From the NCBI GenBank assembly GCA_903842675.1, contig CAIMMQ010000017.1:4442-68441 (forward strand): a stretch of 64,000 nucleotides of DNA. The letters run 5' to 3'. The notes below the pieces were generated by a model, which saw nothing but the letters and a program-made list of their open reading frames with translations, made no database searches and was not told the DNA's origin. Below are positions 51,368 through 61,543 of the stretch, in pieces. Source of the DNA: an uncultured Actinomycetes bacterium. Lineage in GTDB: Bacteria; Actinomycetota; Actinomycetes; Nanopelagicales; Nanopelagicaceae. Both the position numbers and the translations under genes were made by a program. The stretch's first letter is position 1; each line of letters begins with the position of its first letter.

Positions 51368-52363
51368 ATGGCTACCGAAACTTTTCGCTGGGGAATCTTA
51401 GGTGCCGGTGGTATTGCCGAACAGTTCGCACGAGATTTGATGCGTCTTCCAGACCAACGTCCGCATGCAATCGGTTCAAGATCGCAAGAGAAGGCCGATA
51501 AATTCGCTGATCTTTTCGCGATGCCAAATCGCCACGATTCCTATGCAAAATTAGTTGCCGACCCAGAGGTTGATGGAATTTATGTTGCAACACATCACCC
51601 GATGCATATGCGCGATACCTTGATGGCGCTAAATGCTGGAAAGCCGGTTCTCTGCGAGAAGCCATTTGCTATGAGTTTTCAAGAGACTAAAACTATGGTT
51701 GAAACTGCCCGCGCCAAGAATTTATTGTTGATGGAAGCAATGTGGGCCAGATTCCTTCCGCACATGATTCAAGTTCGTGAAATTATTAAATCTGGAGTTC
51801 TTGGTGAAATTATTCAAGTCCGCGCTGATCATGGTCAATGGTTTGTTAAGGATCCGGAATTTCGTCTATTCAAGCCAGAACTTGGTGGCGGTTCACTATT
51901 TGATTTAGGAATCTATCCAATTTCATTTGCGTCAATGGTCCTCGGAACTCCTTCGCGAGTTACCGCAAGAAGTACCAAAGGTTTCACTGGAGTAGATGGC
52001 CAGACGTCAGTGATTCTTGAGTACCCAACTGGCGCTCATGCACTGCTAAACATGACAAATTCTGCGGCAACGCCTAATCGAGCGCTAATTGTGGGAAGCG
52101 ATGCCAGAATTGAAATTGATAGAACGTTCTATGCGCCAACTACATTCCGCGTTATTGATCACAAGGATCAAATAATTGGTGGCTCTGACAAGAAATATGT
52201 CGGCCACGGACTGCGCGAAGAAGCGATCGAATTCGTCCGTTGCTATCGAGCTGGCCTAAAGGAATCTCCAATTCTGCCGCTAGATGAAACGCTCTCAATC
52301 ATGGGAACTATCACCGAAATCGCTGATCAAATTGGGCTGGTCTTTAAAGAATTCGCTAAGTAG
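51368..52363 (+). CDS. Gfo/Idh/MocA family oxidoreductase
   Basis: WGILGAGGIA, VLCEKPFA, LMEAMWARF, GGGSLFDLGIY. Confidence 0.92.
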   Translation: MATETFRWGILGAGGIAEQFARDLMRLPDQRPHAIGSRSQEKADKFADLFAMPNRHDSYAKLVADPEVDGIYVATHHPMHMRDTLMALNAGKPVLCEKPFAMSFQETKTMVETARAKNLLLMEAMWARFLPHMIQVREIIKSGVLGEIIQVRADHGQWFVKDPEFRLFKPELGGGSLFDLGIYPISFASMVLGTPSRVTARSTKGFTGVDGQTSVILEYPTGAHALLNMTNSAATPNRALIVGSDARIEIDRTFYAPTTFRVIDHKDQIIGGSDKKYVGHGLREEAIEFVRCYRAGLKESPILPLDETLSIMGTITEIADQIGLVFKEFAK

Positions 52364-52401
52364 CTAGAGTAGCTAGCTAAGAAATTAATGGCTATTTAGA
52401 T

Positions 52402-53373
52402 ATGAACCGGAGCGCGATTTTATTAGTGGGCGGAATGGGCACCCGCCTGCAACCGCTCACTCATAAAATTCCAAAGCCAATGCTCCAAGTTGCCGGTGTT
52501 CCATTTACCGAACACCAAATTGTTAAAGCTCGCGAGGCTGGAATTACTGAAATCGTTCTGGCAACTTCTTTTAAGGCTGAACTCTTTGAACCATATTTTG
52601 GTGATGGCTCAAAGTTTGGAATAAAGATGCGCTATGCCGTTGAAACACAAGCACTTGGAACTGGTGGTGCAATCCGAAATGCGGCAGACAAATTAACGGG
52701 AAGTGGTCCGGTCGCAATTTTTAATGGAGATGTACTAAGCGGCCATGACTTGGCTGGTCAATTTGAGGCACATAAGGCGAATTCGGCTGATGTAACACTC
52801 TATTTGACCGAAGTTGCTGATGCCCGCGCATTTGGCGCTGTTGAATTAACGAAAGATGGACGCGTTACGGCTTTTAACGAGAAGATGGAACGGCCTAAAA
52901 CAAATATCATTAACGCAGGTTGCTATATTTTTAATCGCGCGATTATTGAAGAGATTCCCCACGGCCAAGTAGTTAGTGTGGAGCGCGAGACTTTCCCCAA
53001 ATTACTTGCTCGACATGCCAGAGTCTTTGGTTTTATTGATCGCTCGTATTGGCTAGATATCGGCACGCCACAAGCACTTCTAAAGGCTTCGCAAGATTTG
53101 ATTTCCGGAACTGTATATTCGCAGGCAACTCCAAAATGCTCGGGTGAGTTTTTAGCTCTCGATGGCGCGAAGATTAGTGCAACCGCCCAAGTTGGCGAGA
53201 TGAGTGTTATTGGCCGGCGCGCGATGATTGGCGATGGGGCAGAAGTGCAGGGATCGATAATCGGCGATAGCGCCCAAGTTGGCTCTAGGGCCAAACTCAA
53301 AAACTGTTTTGTGGCCGAAGGCTTCCAAGTACCAGAGGCTGTAATTGCTGAAGGTAATTTCTTCGGTTTCTAG
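52402..53373 (+). CDS. manC: Mannose-1-phosphate guanylyltransferase (NDP-sugar synthase)
   Basis: LVGGMGTRLQPLT..PKPML, LGTGGAIRNA, FNGDVL, INAGCY, YWLDIGTP, C-terminal left-handed beta-helix. Confidence 0.85.
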   Translation: MNRSAILLVGGMGTRLQPLTHKIPKPMLQVAGVPFTEHQIVKAREAGITEIVLATSFKAELFEPYFGDGSKFGIKMRYAVETQALGTGGAIRNAADKLTGSGPVAIFNGDVLSGHDLAGQFEAHKANSADVTLYLTEVADARAFGAVELTKDGRVTAFNEKMERPKTNIINAGCYIFNRAIIEEIPHGQVVSVERETFPKLLARHARVFGFIDRSYWLDIGTPQALLKASQDLISGTVYSQATPKCSGEFLALDGAKISATAQVGEMSVIGRRAMIGDGAEVQGSIIGDSAQVGSRAKLKNCFVAEGFQVPEAVIAEGNFFGF

Positions 53374-53493
53374 AATTTCTACATTTGCCCGTAAATATTT
53401 TCAAAAATCTTCTGAAAAATTGGTTTTTGACCAATTTCCGCACCTTTTCGCTACTTTATTGCGGATTTCTTCTCATATTTCCCTGATCTGGAC

Positions 53494-53559
53494 TTGACTA
53501 AGAGGGATTACAAGCGTGTAATTAACCCATAAGCACCACTTGTTCGAAGTGGTCTATGG
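53494..53559 (+). promoter_or_regulatory. whiB2 promoter with a palindrome and a 5'-UTR hairpin
   Basis: TTGACT -35; ATTACA-N4-TGTAAT palindrome (53507-53522); hairpin ACCACTT-GTTCG-AAGTGGT before the RBS. Confidence 0.5.
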
Positions 53560-53577
53560 CTTTGGGGAGTTTTACTT

Positions 53578-53862
53578 ATGAGCGATCCGCGCCCGGTTTC
53601 AATTGAAGGCGGCCTTTCAGCGCTAGCAAGTAATGAAGGTGTTGAACTATCTTGGCAAGAACGGGCACTCTGCGCCCAGACTGATCCAGAAGCATTCTTT
53701 CCTGAGAAGGGCGGCTCGACCCGCGAAGCAAAGCGCGTCTGCCTATCTTGCGATGTTCGCGGTGAATGTTTGGAATATGCCCTGGCAAATGATGAGCGCT
53801 TTGGAATCTGGGGCGGCCTATCTGAGCGTGAGCGTCGTCGCTTAAAGCGTCGCTCGGCCTAA
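53578..53862 (+). CDS. whiB2: WhiB2/WhiB (WhmD) transcriptional regulator
   Basis: WQERALCAQTDPEAFFPEKGGSTREAKRVCLSCDVRGECLEYALANDERFGIWGGLSERERRRLK. Confidence 0.95.
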   Translation: MSDPRPVSIEGGLSALASNEGVELSWQERALCAQTDPEAFFPEKGGSTREAKRVCLSCDVRGECLEYALANDERFGIWGGLSERERRRLKRRSA

Positions 53863-53942
53863 GCCAACTGCTTATTCTGATATTTCTTTCTCTAGTCAAT
53901 TAAAATTAATTAAAACTAGTCAATCTAGTAGAGGATTAGCCT

Positions 53943-56900
53943 GTGGCTGAAAACTTCTTTGTTACAGCAATCTTGGTTTCACACGATGGTGCAACTTGGT
54001 TGCCCGAAACAATCGCGGCGATATTTTCGCAAACTAGACCTGTTGATCGAATTGTTGCAGTTGATAACGGCTCGCTTGATAATTCAGTAAAACTAATTGA
54101 TGGCGCTGGAATAACGGTTATTAAGAGCGAGCGCGATGCTGGATTTGGCGATGCCATTGACTTAGCCCTAGACCGAACCAAACCAATTCTGGACGGGGAA
54201 CAAGAAGAGTTAATCTGGATTCTGCACGATGACTGCGCACCAAGTAGAACTGCTCTCAAATTTTTAATTGAAGGTTTGGAAAATAATCCACAAATTGCAT
54301 ATGTCGGTCCCAAATTGCGCGGATGGTATGACCGAAACCATCTGCTAGAAGTGGGAATTAGCATCGCAGTAAATGGTGCTAGGTGGACCGGGTTAGAGCC
54401 ACGCGAAAAAGATCAAGGCCAACATGATCAGGCCAAAGATGTTTTAGCTGTTAGTACGGCTGCGATGTTGGCAAGACGGAAAATCTTTGAAGATCTGGGC
54501 GGCTTGGATCCAAACTTGGCTCTCTTTCGTGATGATATCGATTTGGGATGGCGTACTCGCGTTGCTGGTTTTGCGGTTGCAACCGCGCCCGAAGCGTTGG
54601 TATTTCACGCCGAAGCATCGGCATCGGAGCGACGCAGCGTAGATGTGGAAGAAGCTTTTCTTGGGCGACCTCGACTGCTTGATCGTAGAAATGCCGCATT
54701 CGTTCTCTTAGCAAATGTTTCCTGGTGGCTCATGCCTTGGGTTGCACTCCAATTACTTGGTGCGGCAATGATTAGAGCAATTGGTTATTTAGTCGCAAAA
54801 CTTCCTGGTTATGCTGGAGATGAGTTAGCTGCCGTCGCATTGATCGTGTTGAAGCCGGCCGATTTAATCAAGGCACGGCGATCGCGCCGAGCGAAACGTT
54901 TGCTGTCGGTCCAAGTTGTTCGTCAATTTATTCCACCGCGTGGAAGTCAGGCGCGCCTAGCATTTGAAAAAGCATCTGATGCAATCTCTAAATATTTGCA
55001 CTTCAATCGGGAGGATGATTTAGCGAGCGAACCGGCCTCCTACGCCGACATTGGTGTAATCGATGAAACTTTTGATGATCAAGATTCTCAGCGCGCGATA
55101 AAAACAAATCGCTTCAAAACTCTGCATAACCGACCATTACTTATTGGCTTAGGAATTATTACGTTAGTAACTTTGCTGGCAGCACGAAATCGTTACGGTG
55201 CGCTAAGTGGTGGCGCACTTCCAGTCTCACCAGAAGGTGCGAGTGATCTATTTAGAAAATTTGGCGAATCTTGGCACCAAGTGGGTCTAGGTTCAGCAGC
55301 CCCAACACCGCCTTGGGTAGGGATACTTGGTTTGGCATCACTCGTAACTTTCGGAAAGTTAAAATTCTTTATCGCCGCACTTTTTTGGGTGACTCCACCA
55401 CTCGCTTTCTTCGTTATGTATCGCTCAATTAAGCGGACAGGTTTAACAATTCGATTTGCAGTACTTGGTGGTTTGATCTACGCGATGTCACCTGTGGTTT
55501 GGAATAGCATCGCCGAAGGTAGGTTAGGAACGCTGGTACTGGCTCTAGTTGCACCAACTTTTATTAGTTTGGCGCCACTACAAGCAGCGACGAAGGTTGG
55601 ATCTTGGCGTCGCATCTACTTCTTAGCGCTCTTCGCAAGTTTTATCTCGGCATTCTCCGCACTCTTTATGACAATCTGGTGCGCAGTTTCGCTGTACTTT
55701 ATCGTTACCGAACTCGTTAATCGCCTGGGCGAAATCAAGGAGTTATCGGCAGTTAAATTCCTGATGACCGCTGATCTCGCCCGAATAAAGCGGTTCTTTG
55801 CCTTCTTAATAATTCCCGTTTTGCTAAATTTTCCTTGGTCGGCATCTCTACTAGTGCACCCCACTCAAATCTTGCTTGATCCTGGGCTGCCAGTATCGGG
55901 CGGCTCGCTATCGCAAGTACTTCTCTTAAACCCAGGTGGTGCATCCGGAGTGCCAACTTGGTTGGTTGCACCATTCATAATCTTTTTGTTGATCGTCGTT
56001 TTCAGTAACCGCTATGTTGGTGAGTCGGTCACAGCTTTGGGACTTTTAGCCATCGCAGTGTCGGTTACGCAATTACATATATCAGGCCACGGCAGCCTCG
56101 GTACCGTTTGGACCGGAACATTATTATTATTTATCGAGATAATAATCCTGCAACCTGCCTTGAAAATTTCTTCAACCCTAATTCCAAATCTGCGCGGTTC
56201 CGCTCTGGGATTCGGTCACTTCGCATCTGCAATCACAGCAGTTGTTGTAGTTTTCGCTTTGGTTGGAACGAGCGCTTGGTCAATAACAAATGGTGCATCT
56301 TCTCTGGTGACCAGCGAGAAGCGGGCAGTTATTCCAGCATTTGTCTCCTCTTTAAGTGAATCACCTGCCAGACCAAAGACTTTGGTATTGGGCATGGAAG
56401 GCAGTGTTCTGAAATATTTCATTACTCGTGGTGGAGACCTTGAAATTGGTGATCCTGATGTAACTGTTGCAACGCCACCAGAAATCGAACTTGCAGTTGC
56501 AGATTTAATTAGTGGCATCGGCATCTCATCTAGCAAAGTTATTGGTGCCTATGGAATTCAATATATCTTTATGAAGACGCCAGTTGATCCCGGTGTTGTG
56601 CGAACGATCGATGGAATCGGTGGATTCACGAGAAGCTCTGCCACTGCAGATGGAGTTATCTGGAAGGTTGTCGGCAGTCGCTCCAGACTTTCTCTTTTTG
56701 ATCCAGCAAGCGCCGTTACACCAATCGCATCAAATGATATTGGGGCGATGGCTGATGTGCAGTCCCCGGGTGTAATTACCTTGGCGGAAAAATATGATTC
56801 TGGATGGCACGCGTTATTTAATGGCGTTCCACTACAGTTAGAAAAATCAGATATCGGACTTCCAACTTTTGTGGTTTCTGATGCAGGAACTCTCACTATT

Positions 56901-57026
56901 TTGCACGATGGCACTAAACGTCGAGCGTTGGTCTCACTCGAACTTATCTCACTGTTAACAGTAATTGTCTTGGCTCTGCCAGCCGGCCGCCGCCGCCGTG
57001 AGATGGATGTTGAGGAGTTAGCATGA
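53943..57026 (+). CDS. GT2 glycosyltransferase fused to a large multi-TM and extracytoplasmic region
   Basis: LVSHDGATWL, VAVDNGS, WILHDDCAP, FRDDIDLGWR, then many TM helices; usual position after whiB. Confidence 0.85.
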   Translation: MAENFFVTAILVSHDGATWLPETIAAIFSQTRPVDRIVAVDNGSLDNSVKLIDGAGITVIKSERDAGFGDAIDLALDRTKPILDGEQEELIWILHDDCAPSRTALKFLIEGLENNPQIAYVGPKLRGWYDRNHLLEVGISIAVNGARWTGLEPREKDQGQHDQAKDVLAVSTAAMLARRKIFEDLGGLDPNLALFRDDIDLGWRTRVAGFAVATAPEALVFHAEASASERRSVDVEEAFLGRPRLLDRRNAAFVLLANVSWWLMPWVALQLLGAAMIRAIGYLVAKLPGYAGDELAAVALIVLKPADLIKARRSRRAKRLLSVQVVRQFIPPRGSQARLAFEKASDAISKYLHFNREDDLASEPASYADIGVIDETFDDQDSQRAIKTNRFKTLHNRPLLIGLGIITLVTLLAARNRYGALSGGALPVSPEGASDLFRKFGESWHQVGLGSAAPTPPWVGILGLASLVTFGKLKFFIAALFWVTPPLAFFVMYRSIKRTGLTIRFAVLGGLIYAMSPVVWNSIAEGRLGTLVLALVAPTFISLAPLQAATKVGSWRRIYFLALFASFISAFSALFMTIWCAVSLYFIVTELVNRLGEIKELSAVKFLMTADLARIKRFFAFLIIPVLLNFPWSASLLVHPTQILLDPGLPVSGGSLSQVLLLNPGGASGVPTWLVAPFIIFLLIVVFSNRYVGESVTALGLLAIAVSVTQLHISGHGSLGTVWTGTLLLFIEIIILQPALKISSTLIPNLRGSALGFGHFASAITAVVVVFALVGTSAWSITNGASSLVTSEKRAVIPAFVSSLSESPARPKTLVLGMEGSVLKYFITRGGDLEIGDPDVTVATPPEIELAVADLISGIGISSSKVIGAYGIQYIFMKTPVDPGVVRTIDGIGGFTRSSATADGVIWKVVGSRSRLSLFDPASAVTPIASNDIGAMADVQSPGVITLAEKYDSGWHALFNGVPLQLEKSDIGLPTFVVSDAGTLTILHDGTKRRALVSLELISLLTVIVLALPAGRRRREMDVEELA

Positions 57027-58345
57027 AGCTAAAACTCAATAAATTTACGCTAATTGCACTTGCCTTAGTTTTAGCATCCATTCTGACGACAACTTTTACG
57101 CCAAAAATAGGCACTGCCATAAAGCTTGTGCAAAATTTCCCGGCAACCGCTTGTCCCGGAAACTTAAGTGATGGAAGTGCAACCGCAGTTTTAGCGAACG
57201 CTAAAGTCAAAGTTCGTTCCATACCTAGTAAATCCAACGCTTTGACCAAAGCCGGGTCATCAAATATTTTGGTTAATAACCCATTGCTCGTTGATGGAGA
57301 TCCATTAAGCGCAATTTCAGTAATTCGCGGGAAAAGCCCTTGGCTTGCTACTGCAGTCTGTGCAATAAGTAATGGCGATGCTTGGTTCGTGGGTGGATCC
57401 GGATCCCTCACCAGTAAAGGCGCGTTCGATATTGTTAATAGTGGATTGAGCGTTTCGGTAGTAGACCTCTTAGTTTTCACTTCAAAAGGTCCGGCGCCGC
57501 TAGCTTCGGTAACAGTTGCGCCAAATTCGCAAAAACGGATATTTCTAGATGCGCTAGCGCCCGGAGAAGACAGTGTGGCCATTCATGCGATCACTCGCTC
57601 TGGTCGAGTCAGCACATTCTTCTTTGATGAGCGGCGAAAAGGTCTGCGCTCCTTAGGTGCAGATTTTGTAAGTCCTGGGGCGAGACCGCAGAACCACGTA
57701 GTGATTCCGGCGATCTCAAACATCGTCGTAGGAAAAGGCAAGCACGCGACCCAGACGCTGCGAATTTTGGCTCCCGGAAATATCGATGCCACGGTTAAGG
57801 CAACGGTAATTTCAAGTGATGGTTCCTTTGCGCCAGTCGGCTTGGATGGCTTTTCAGTAACGCGTGGTCAAGTTACCGACATTAACTTTTCGCCAGTAAT
57901 TTCTGCTGGGATTTATTCACTAGTACTTGATTCTGATCAACCAATTGTCGCCGCTGTTCAAAGCACCACAGGTGCTTTTGGCGCGCAAGATTTTTCTTGG
58001 TCAAGTTCAGCAAATCCGTTAACTTCAGTATCAATGAATTTCGGTGGCTTAACACCAAGCGTGCAGTTCACTGGAGGCAATATTGCCGTCCAAATTTCAT
58101 GGATTGCAGTGGGCGGTAAGACTGGAACCAAAACTGTTACCGGGAGCGACTCGGCTACCTGGATTCCTAAAACGGGATTGATTCGCGCATCTTTCACAAA
58201 TTTGGCTAATTCAACTAAGGCGACTTACGGATCGGTGATATTCCAAGGATCGGGTGGGCTAAGTCATTTACTTCTTGCACCGGGCGCCGTTTTGGAAAGT
58301 GCCAGCGTTCCAGTTCCCGACGCTGGAGTAATCGCCCGACGTTAA
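57023..58345 (+). CDS. Secreted/anchored DUF5719-like protein
   Basis: Signal/TM segment, ACPG, AVC..WFVGG, beta-rich; coupled to the GT2 gene. Confidence 0.7.
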   Translation: MKLKLNKFTLIALALVLASILTTTFTPKIGTAIKLVQNFPATACPGNLSDGSATAVLANAKVKVRSIPSKSNALTKAGSSNILVNNPLLVDGDPLSAISVIRGKSPWLATAVCAISNGDAWFVGGSGSLTSKGAFDIVNSGLSVSVVDLLVFTSKGPAPLASVTVAPNSQKRIFLDALAPGEDSVAIHAITRSGRVSTFFFDERRKGLRSLGADFVSPGARPQNHVVIPAISNIVVGKGKHATQTLRILAPGNIDATVKATVISSDGSFAPVGLDGFSVTRGQVTDINFSPVISAGIYSLVLDSDQPIVAAVQSTTGAFGAQDFSWSSSANPLTSVSMNFGGLTPSVQFTGGNIAVQISWIAVGGKTGTKTVTGSDSATWIPKTGLIRASFTNLANSTKATYGSVIFQGSGGLSHLLLAPGAVLESASVPVPDAGVIARR

Positions 58346-58385
58346 ATGCCGTGTTTTTCACAACGCAGGGGCTAATCTCTAACTT

Positions 58386-58793
58386 ATGACATCCCAGCAA
58401 TCAGGTACGGCCGGCGCGGCACGCTCTGGTCGCTTCTGTTCACGTGCTGGCTGTCGCCACCTTGCAACTAAAACTCTTACCTATATTTATGCAGATTCCA
58501 CTGCAGTGCTTGGCCCACTTGCAACATTTGCCGAGCCGCATGCATATGATCTTTGCGATCAACATAGCCAACGCATGAGTGCGCCAGTTGGTTGGACTGT
58601 TTTGAAAGAGGCGACACCTACTGAAGTTGCCGGACCAAGCAGTGATGATTTGATGGCTATCGCAGATGCGGTTCGTGAGGCTGGTTCAAAAGGCCAAGGG
58701 GAATCGCACTCAGGCCCAGATTCGCAGGGAAATCCACTCGGAGTTGCGCAGGAAATCGGCCGTCGAGGACATCTGCGCGCAATTCCAAATTAG
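58386..58793 (+). CDS. DUF3499 family protein
   Basis: RFCSRAGC..ATKTLTYIYADSTAVLGPL..EPHAYDLC..H..APVGW, DDLMAIADAVREA, RRGHLR. Confidence 0.88.
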   Translation: MTSQQSGTAGAARSGRFCSRAGCRHLATKTLTYIYADSTAVLGPLATFAEPHAYDLCDQHSQRMSAPVGWTVLKEATPTEVAGPSSDDLMAIADAVREAGSKGQGESHSGPDSQGNPLGVAQEIGRRGHLRAIPN

Positions 58794-58812
58794 AGTTACT
58801 AGACTTCTTTAG

Positions 58813-60195
58813 GTGTTCAAGCCTGAGTTTTTAAATTCAATTATCAAGGCCTATGACGTTCGTGGCTTAGTAGATAGCCAGATCACGCCAGACTTCACAT
58901 TTGCTCTCGGTGGCGCTTTTGCAAAATTCCTTCAAGAGGAACGTGAACCTTCATCGATAGTTATTGGTGAAGATATGCGCCCATCATCCGCACTTCTTGC
59001 TACCGCATTTAGTGATGGTGCAACTTCGCAAGGTATGGATGTGGTTCGAATTGGCCTGGCATCAACCGACATGCTCTACTTTGCATCTGGCAAGTTAAAT
59101 ATGCCTGGTGCAATGTTTACTGCAAGCCATAATCCGGCGGCATATAACGGTGTAAAGCTCTGCAAGAGTGGCGCTCGCCCGATTGGCGAAGAATCTGGCT
59201 TACTTAGAATTAAAGATTTGTTGGTAACTGGTATTCCTATTGCAAATCGTCCAGTCGGCCACCAAGTGGAAGAAAATTTGCTGGACGATTATGTTGAATT
59301 TTTACTCTCACTCTTTTCAGAAATAAGTGACCCGGCCAAGAAATTTAGAAAGTTAAAGGTAGTAATCGATGCTGGTAATGGCATGGCGGGCCATACCGCC
59401 CCAGCCGTGATGGCACGGCTAAATGTTGAAGTCACCGAAATGTTTTTCGAGTTGGATGGCAATTTTCCAAATCATGAAGCCAATCCAATCGATCCAAAGA
59501 ATTTAGTGGACCTACAGAAGAAGGTTAAGAAAGTAGGTGCCGATATTGGCTTGGCTTTTGATGGTGATGCCGACCGTTGTTTCTTGATCGATGAAAAAGG
59601 CGATTTAGTGAATCCATCCGCCCTAACTTCACTTATTGCCGTTCGCGAACTTGCACGCAAGCCAGGGTCAACAATTATTTATAACCTAATCTCCTCTAAA
59701 GCGGTTCCAGAAATAATTACTGAGAACGGCGGAAAGCCACTTAGATCAAGAGTGGGTCATTCATATATTAAAAAGATGATGGCGGATTCTGATGCGGTAT
59801 TTGGTGGCGAACACTCCGGGCATTTCTATTTCTCTGATTTCTGGCGCGCAGATTCCGGAATGCTGGCAGCGCTCTTTGCGCTTACTGAACTTGCTGCAAC
59901 CAAAAAAAGTTTGTCCTCCGTCTTGAAACCATTCAACCGATATTTTGCGAGCGGTGAAATAAATTCAGAAGTCAAAGATGTTCCTGCGGCCCAAAAAGCC
60001 ATCCTCGAAAAATATGGGCCAGAGCACACCATTGATGAACTAGATGGCATAACCATCACTGGGCCTAAGTACTGGTTTAACGTGCGGGCTTCAAATACCG
60101 AGCCCTTGCTCAGATTAAATGTTGAAGGCGACACCGAGGCGATTATGGCTTCAGTAAGGGACGCTGTACTCGCAATCATCCGCGCGAAGCGATAA
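58813..60195 (+). CDS. manB: Phosphomannomutase/phosphoglucomutase
   Basis: KAYDVRG, FTASHNP, FDGDADR, GGEHSGH, RASNTEPLLRLNVE. Confidence 0.93.
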   Translation: MFKPEFLNSIIKAYDVRGLVDSQITPDFTFALGGAFAKFLQEEREPSSIVIGEDMRPSSALLATAFSDGATSQGMDVVRIGLASTDMLYFASGKLNMPGAMFTASHNPAAYNGVKLCKSGARPIGEESGLLRIKDLLVTGIPIANRPVGHQVEENLLDDYVEFLLSLFSEISDPAKKFRKLKVVIDAGNGMAGHTAPAVMARLNVEVTEMFFELDGNFPNHEANPIDPKNLVDLQKKVKKVGADIGLAFDGDADRCFLIDEKGDLVNPSALTSLIAVRELARKPGSTIIYNLISSKAVPEIITENGGKPLRSRVGHSYIKKMMADSDAVFGGEHSGHFYFSDFWRADSGMLAALFALTELAATKKSLSSVLKPFNRYFASGEINSEVKDVPAAQKAILEKYGPEHTIDELDGITITGPKYWFNVRASNTEPLLRLNVEGDTEAIMASVRDAVLAIIRAKR

Positions 60196-60265
60196 CCTAC
60201 GCTCATAGCCAGAACGAATGTCATTTAATAACCGAGTTAGATCATCAAATAAATAGGAGCCGTTT

Positions 60266-61543
60266 GTGACTGTAGAGACCGCCGTTAAACACGATATTGC
60301 TAATCCAGCTCTCGCCGCCGAAGGTAAGAAAAAGATTGAATGGGCCGAACGAAATATGCCTGTACTTGCACAAATTCGCGCGCGCTTTGAAAAAGAGAAG
60401 CCATTTACCGGAATTCGAATTTCCGCATGCATGCACGTGACTACCGAAACTGCGAACCTGATGCGCGCACTTAAAGCGGGCGGTGCTGAATTAGCACTCT
60501 GTGCTTCAAATCCACTTTCAACCCAAGACGATACGGCAGCTGCGCTAGTTCATGAATATGGAATTAGTGTATTTGCTCGCAACTCAGTGGACCGCGATGG
60601 TTATTACTCACACATCAACGCTTCACTAGATATAAAGCCACACTTGGTTTTTGATGATGGTTGCGATTTAGTTAACACGCTCCACACAACTCGTACCGAA
60701 TTAATCGATGGCATTGTGGGCGGTTGCGAAGAGACAACAACTGGCGTAATTCGCTTGAGCCAGATGGCAAAAGATGGCGCACTCAAATTCCCAATGATCG
60801 CCGTTAACGATACTGATACCAAGCATATGTTTGATAACCGTTTCGGTACTGGTCAGTCAACTATGGATGCGATTTTCCGTTCAACCAACTCACTTGTTGC
60901 TGGAAAAGTTATGGTTGTTGCTGGATTTGGTTATTGCGGTAAAGGCGTTGCAGAACGTGCCAAGGGAATGGGCGCAGATGTAATTGTTACTGAAATTGAT
61001 CCAACCAAGGCACTTGATGCTTTGATGCAGGGTTACCGCGTCATGCCAATGACCGAAGCGGCAAAGTACGGGGATTTCTTTGTAACTGTTACCGGAAACC
61101 GTGATGTGCTTCGTGAAGAACACTTCAAGGTAATGAAGGATGGCGCGATTCTTTCCAATGCTGGCCACTTTGATATTGAAATTGACGTTGCTTGGCTCGA
61201 ACAGAAGGCTGCTAAGAAGAACGCCAAGATGCGCCACCAGACAGATGAATATGTAATGGCAGATGGCCGACGTATTTTGCTTCTCGCTGAAGGACGTTTG
61301 GTTAACCTCGGTGCCGCTGAAGGACATCCAGCATCTGTAATGGATATGTCATTCTCGGATCAAGCGCTGACTGCGGAATATCTTTTGAAAGCCGCAGCAG
61401 GACTTGGTGCCGGACTTCATAACGTTCCAACGCAAATTGATAAAGAAGTTGCCCGTTTGAAGTTAGAGAGCATGGGATCAACCATTGACAAACTAACTCC
61501 AGCACAAGAGCTGTACTTGAACTCTTGGGAGCACGGTAGCTAA
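60266..61543 (+). CDS. ahcY: Adenosylhomocysteinase (short type)
   Basis: ACMHVTTET, SNPLSTQD, EETTTGV, KHMFDNRFGTGQS, GFGYCGKG, EGRLVNLG..GHP. Confidence 0.96.
   Translation: MTVETAVKHDIANPALAAEGKKKIEWAERNMPVLAQIRARFEKEKPFTGIRISACMHVTTETANLMRALKAGGAELALCASNPLSTQDDTAAALVHEYGISVFARNSVDRDGYYSHINASLDIKPHLVFDDGCDLVNTLHTTRTELIDGIVGGCEETTTGVIRLSQMAKDGALKFPMIAVNDTDTKHMFDNRFGTGQSTMDAIFRSTNSLVAGKVMVVAGFGYCGKGVAERAKGMGADVIVTEIDPTKALDALMQGYRVMPMTEAAKYGDFFVTVTGNRDVLREEHFKVMKDGAILSNAGHFDIEIDVAWLEQKAAKKNAKMRHQTDEYVMADGRRILLLAEGRLVNLGAAEGHPASVMDMSFSDQALTAEYLLKAAAGLGAGLHNVPTQIDKEVARLKLESMGSTIDKLTPAQELYLNSWEHGS

Noticed and set aside
60196-60265. SAH or SAM riboswitch upstream of ahcY
   Set aside because: The leader is short, and the conserved SAH (GAGGAGCG/CAGGCUC) or SAM-II/V core elements could not be found. 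An Infernal search would settle it.
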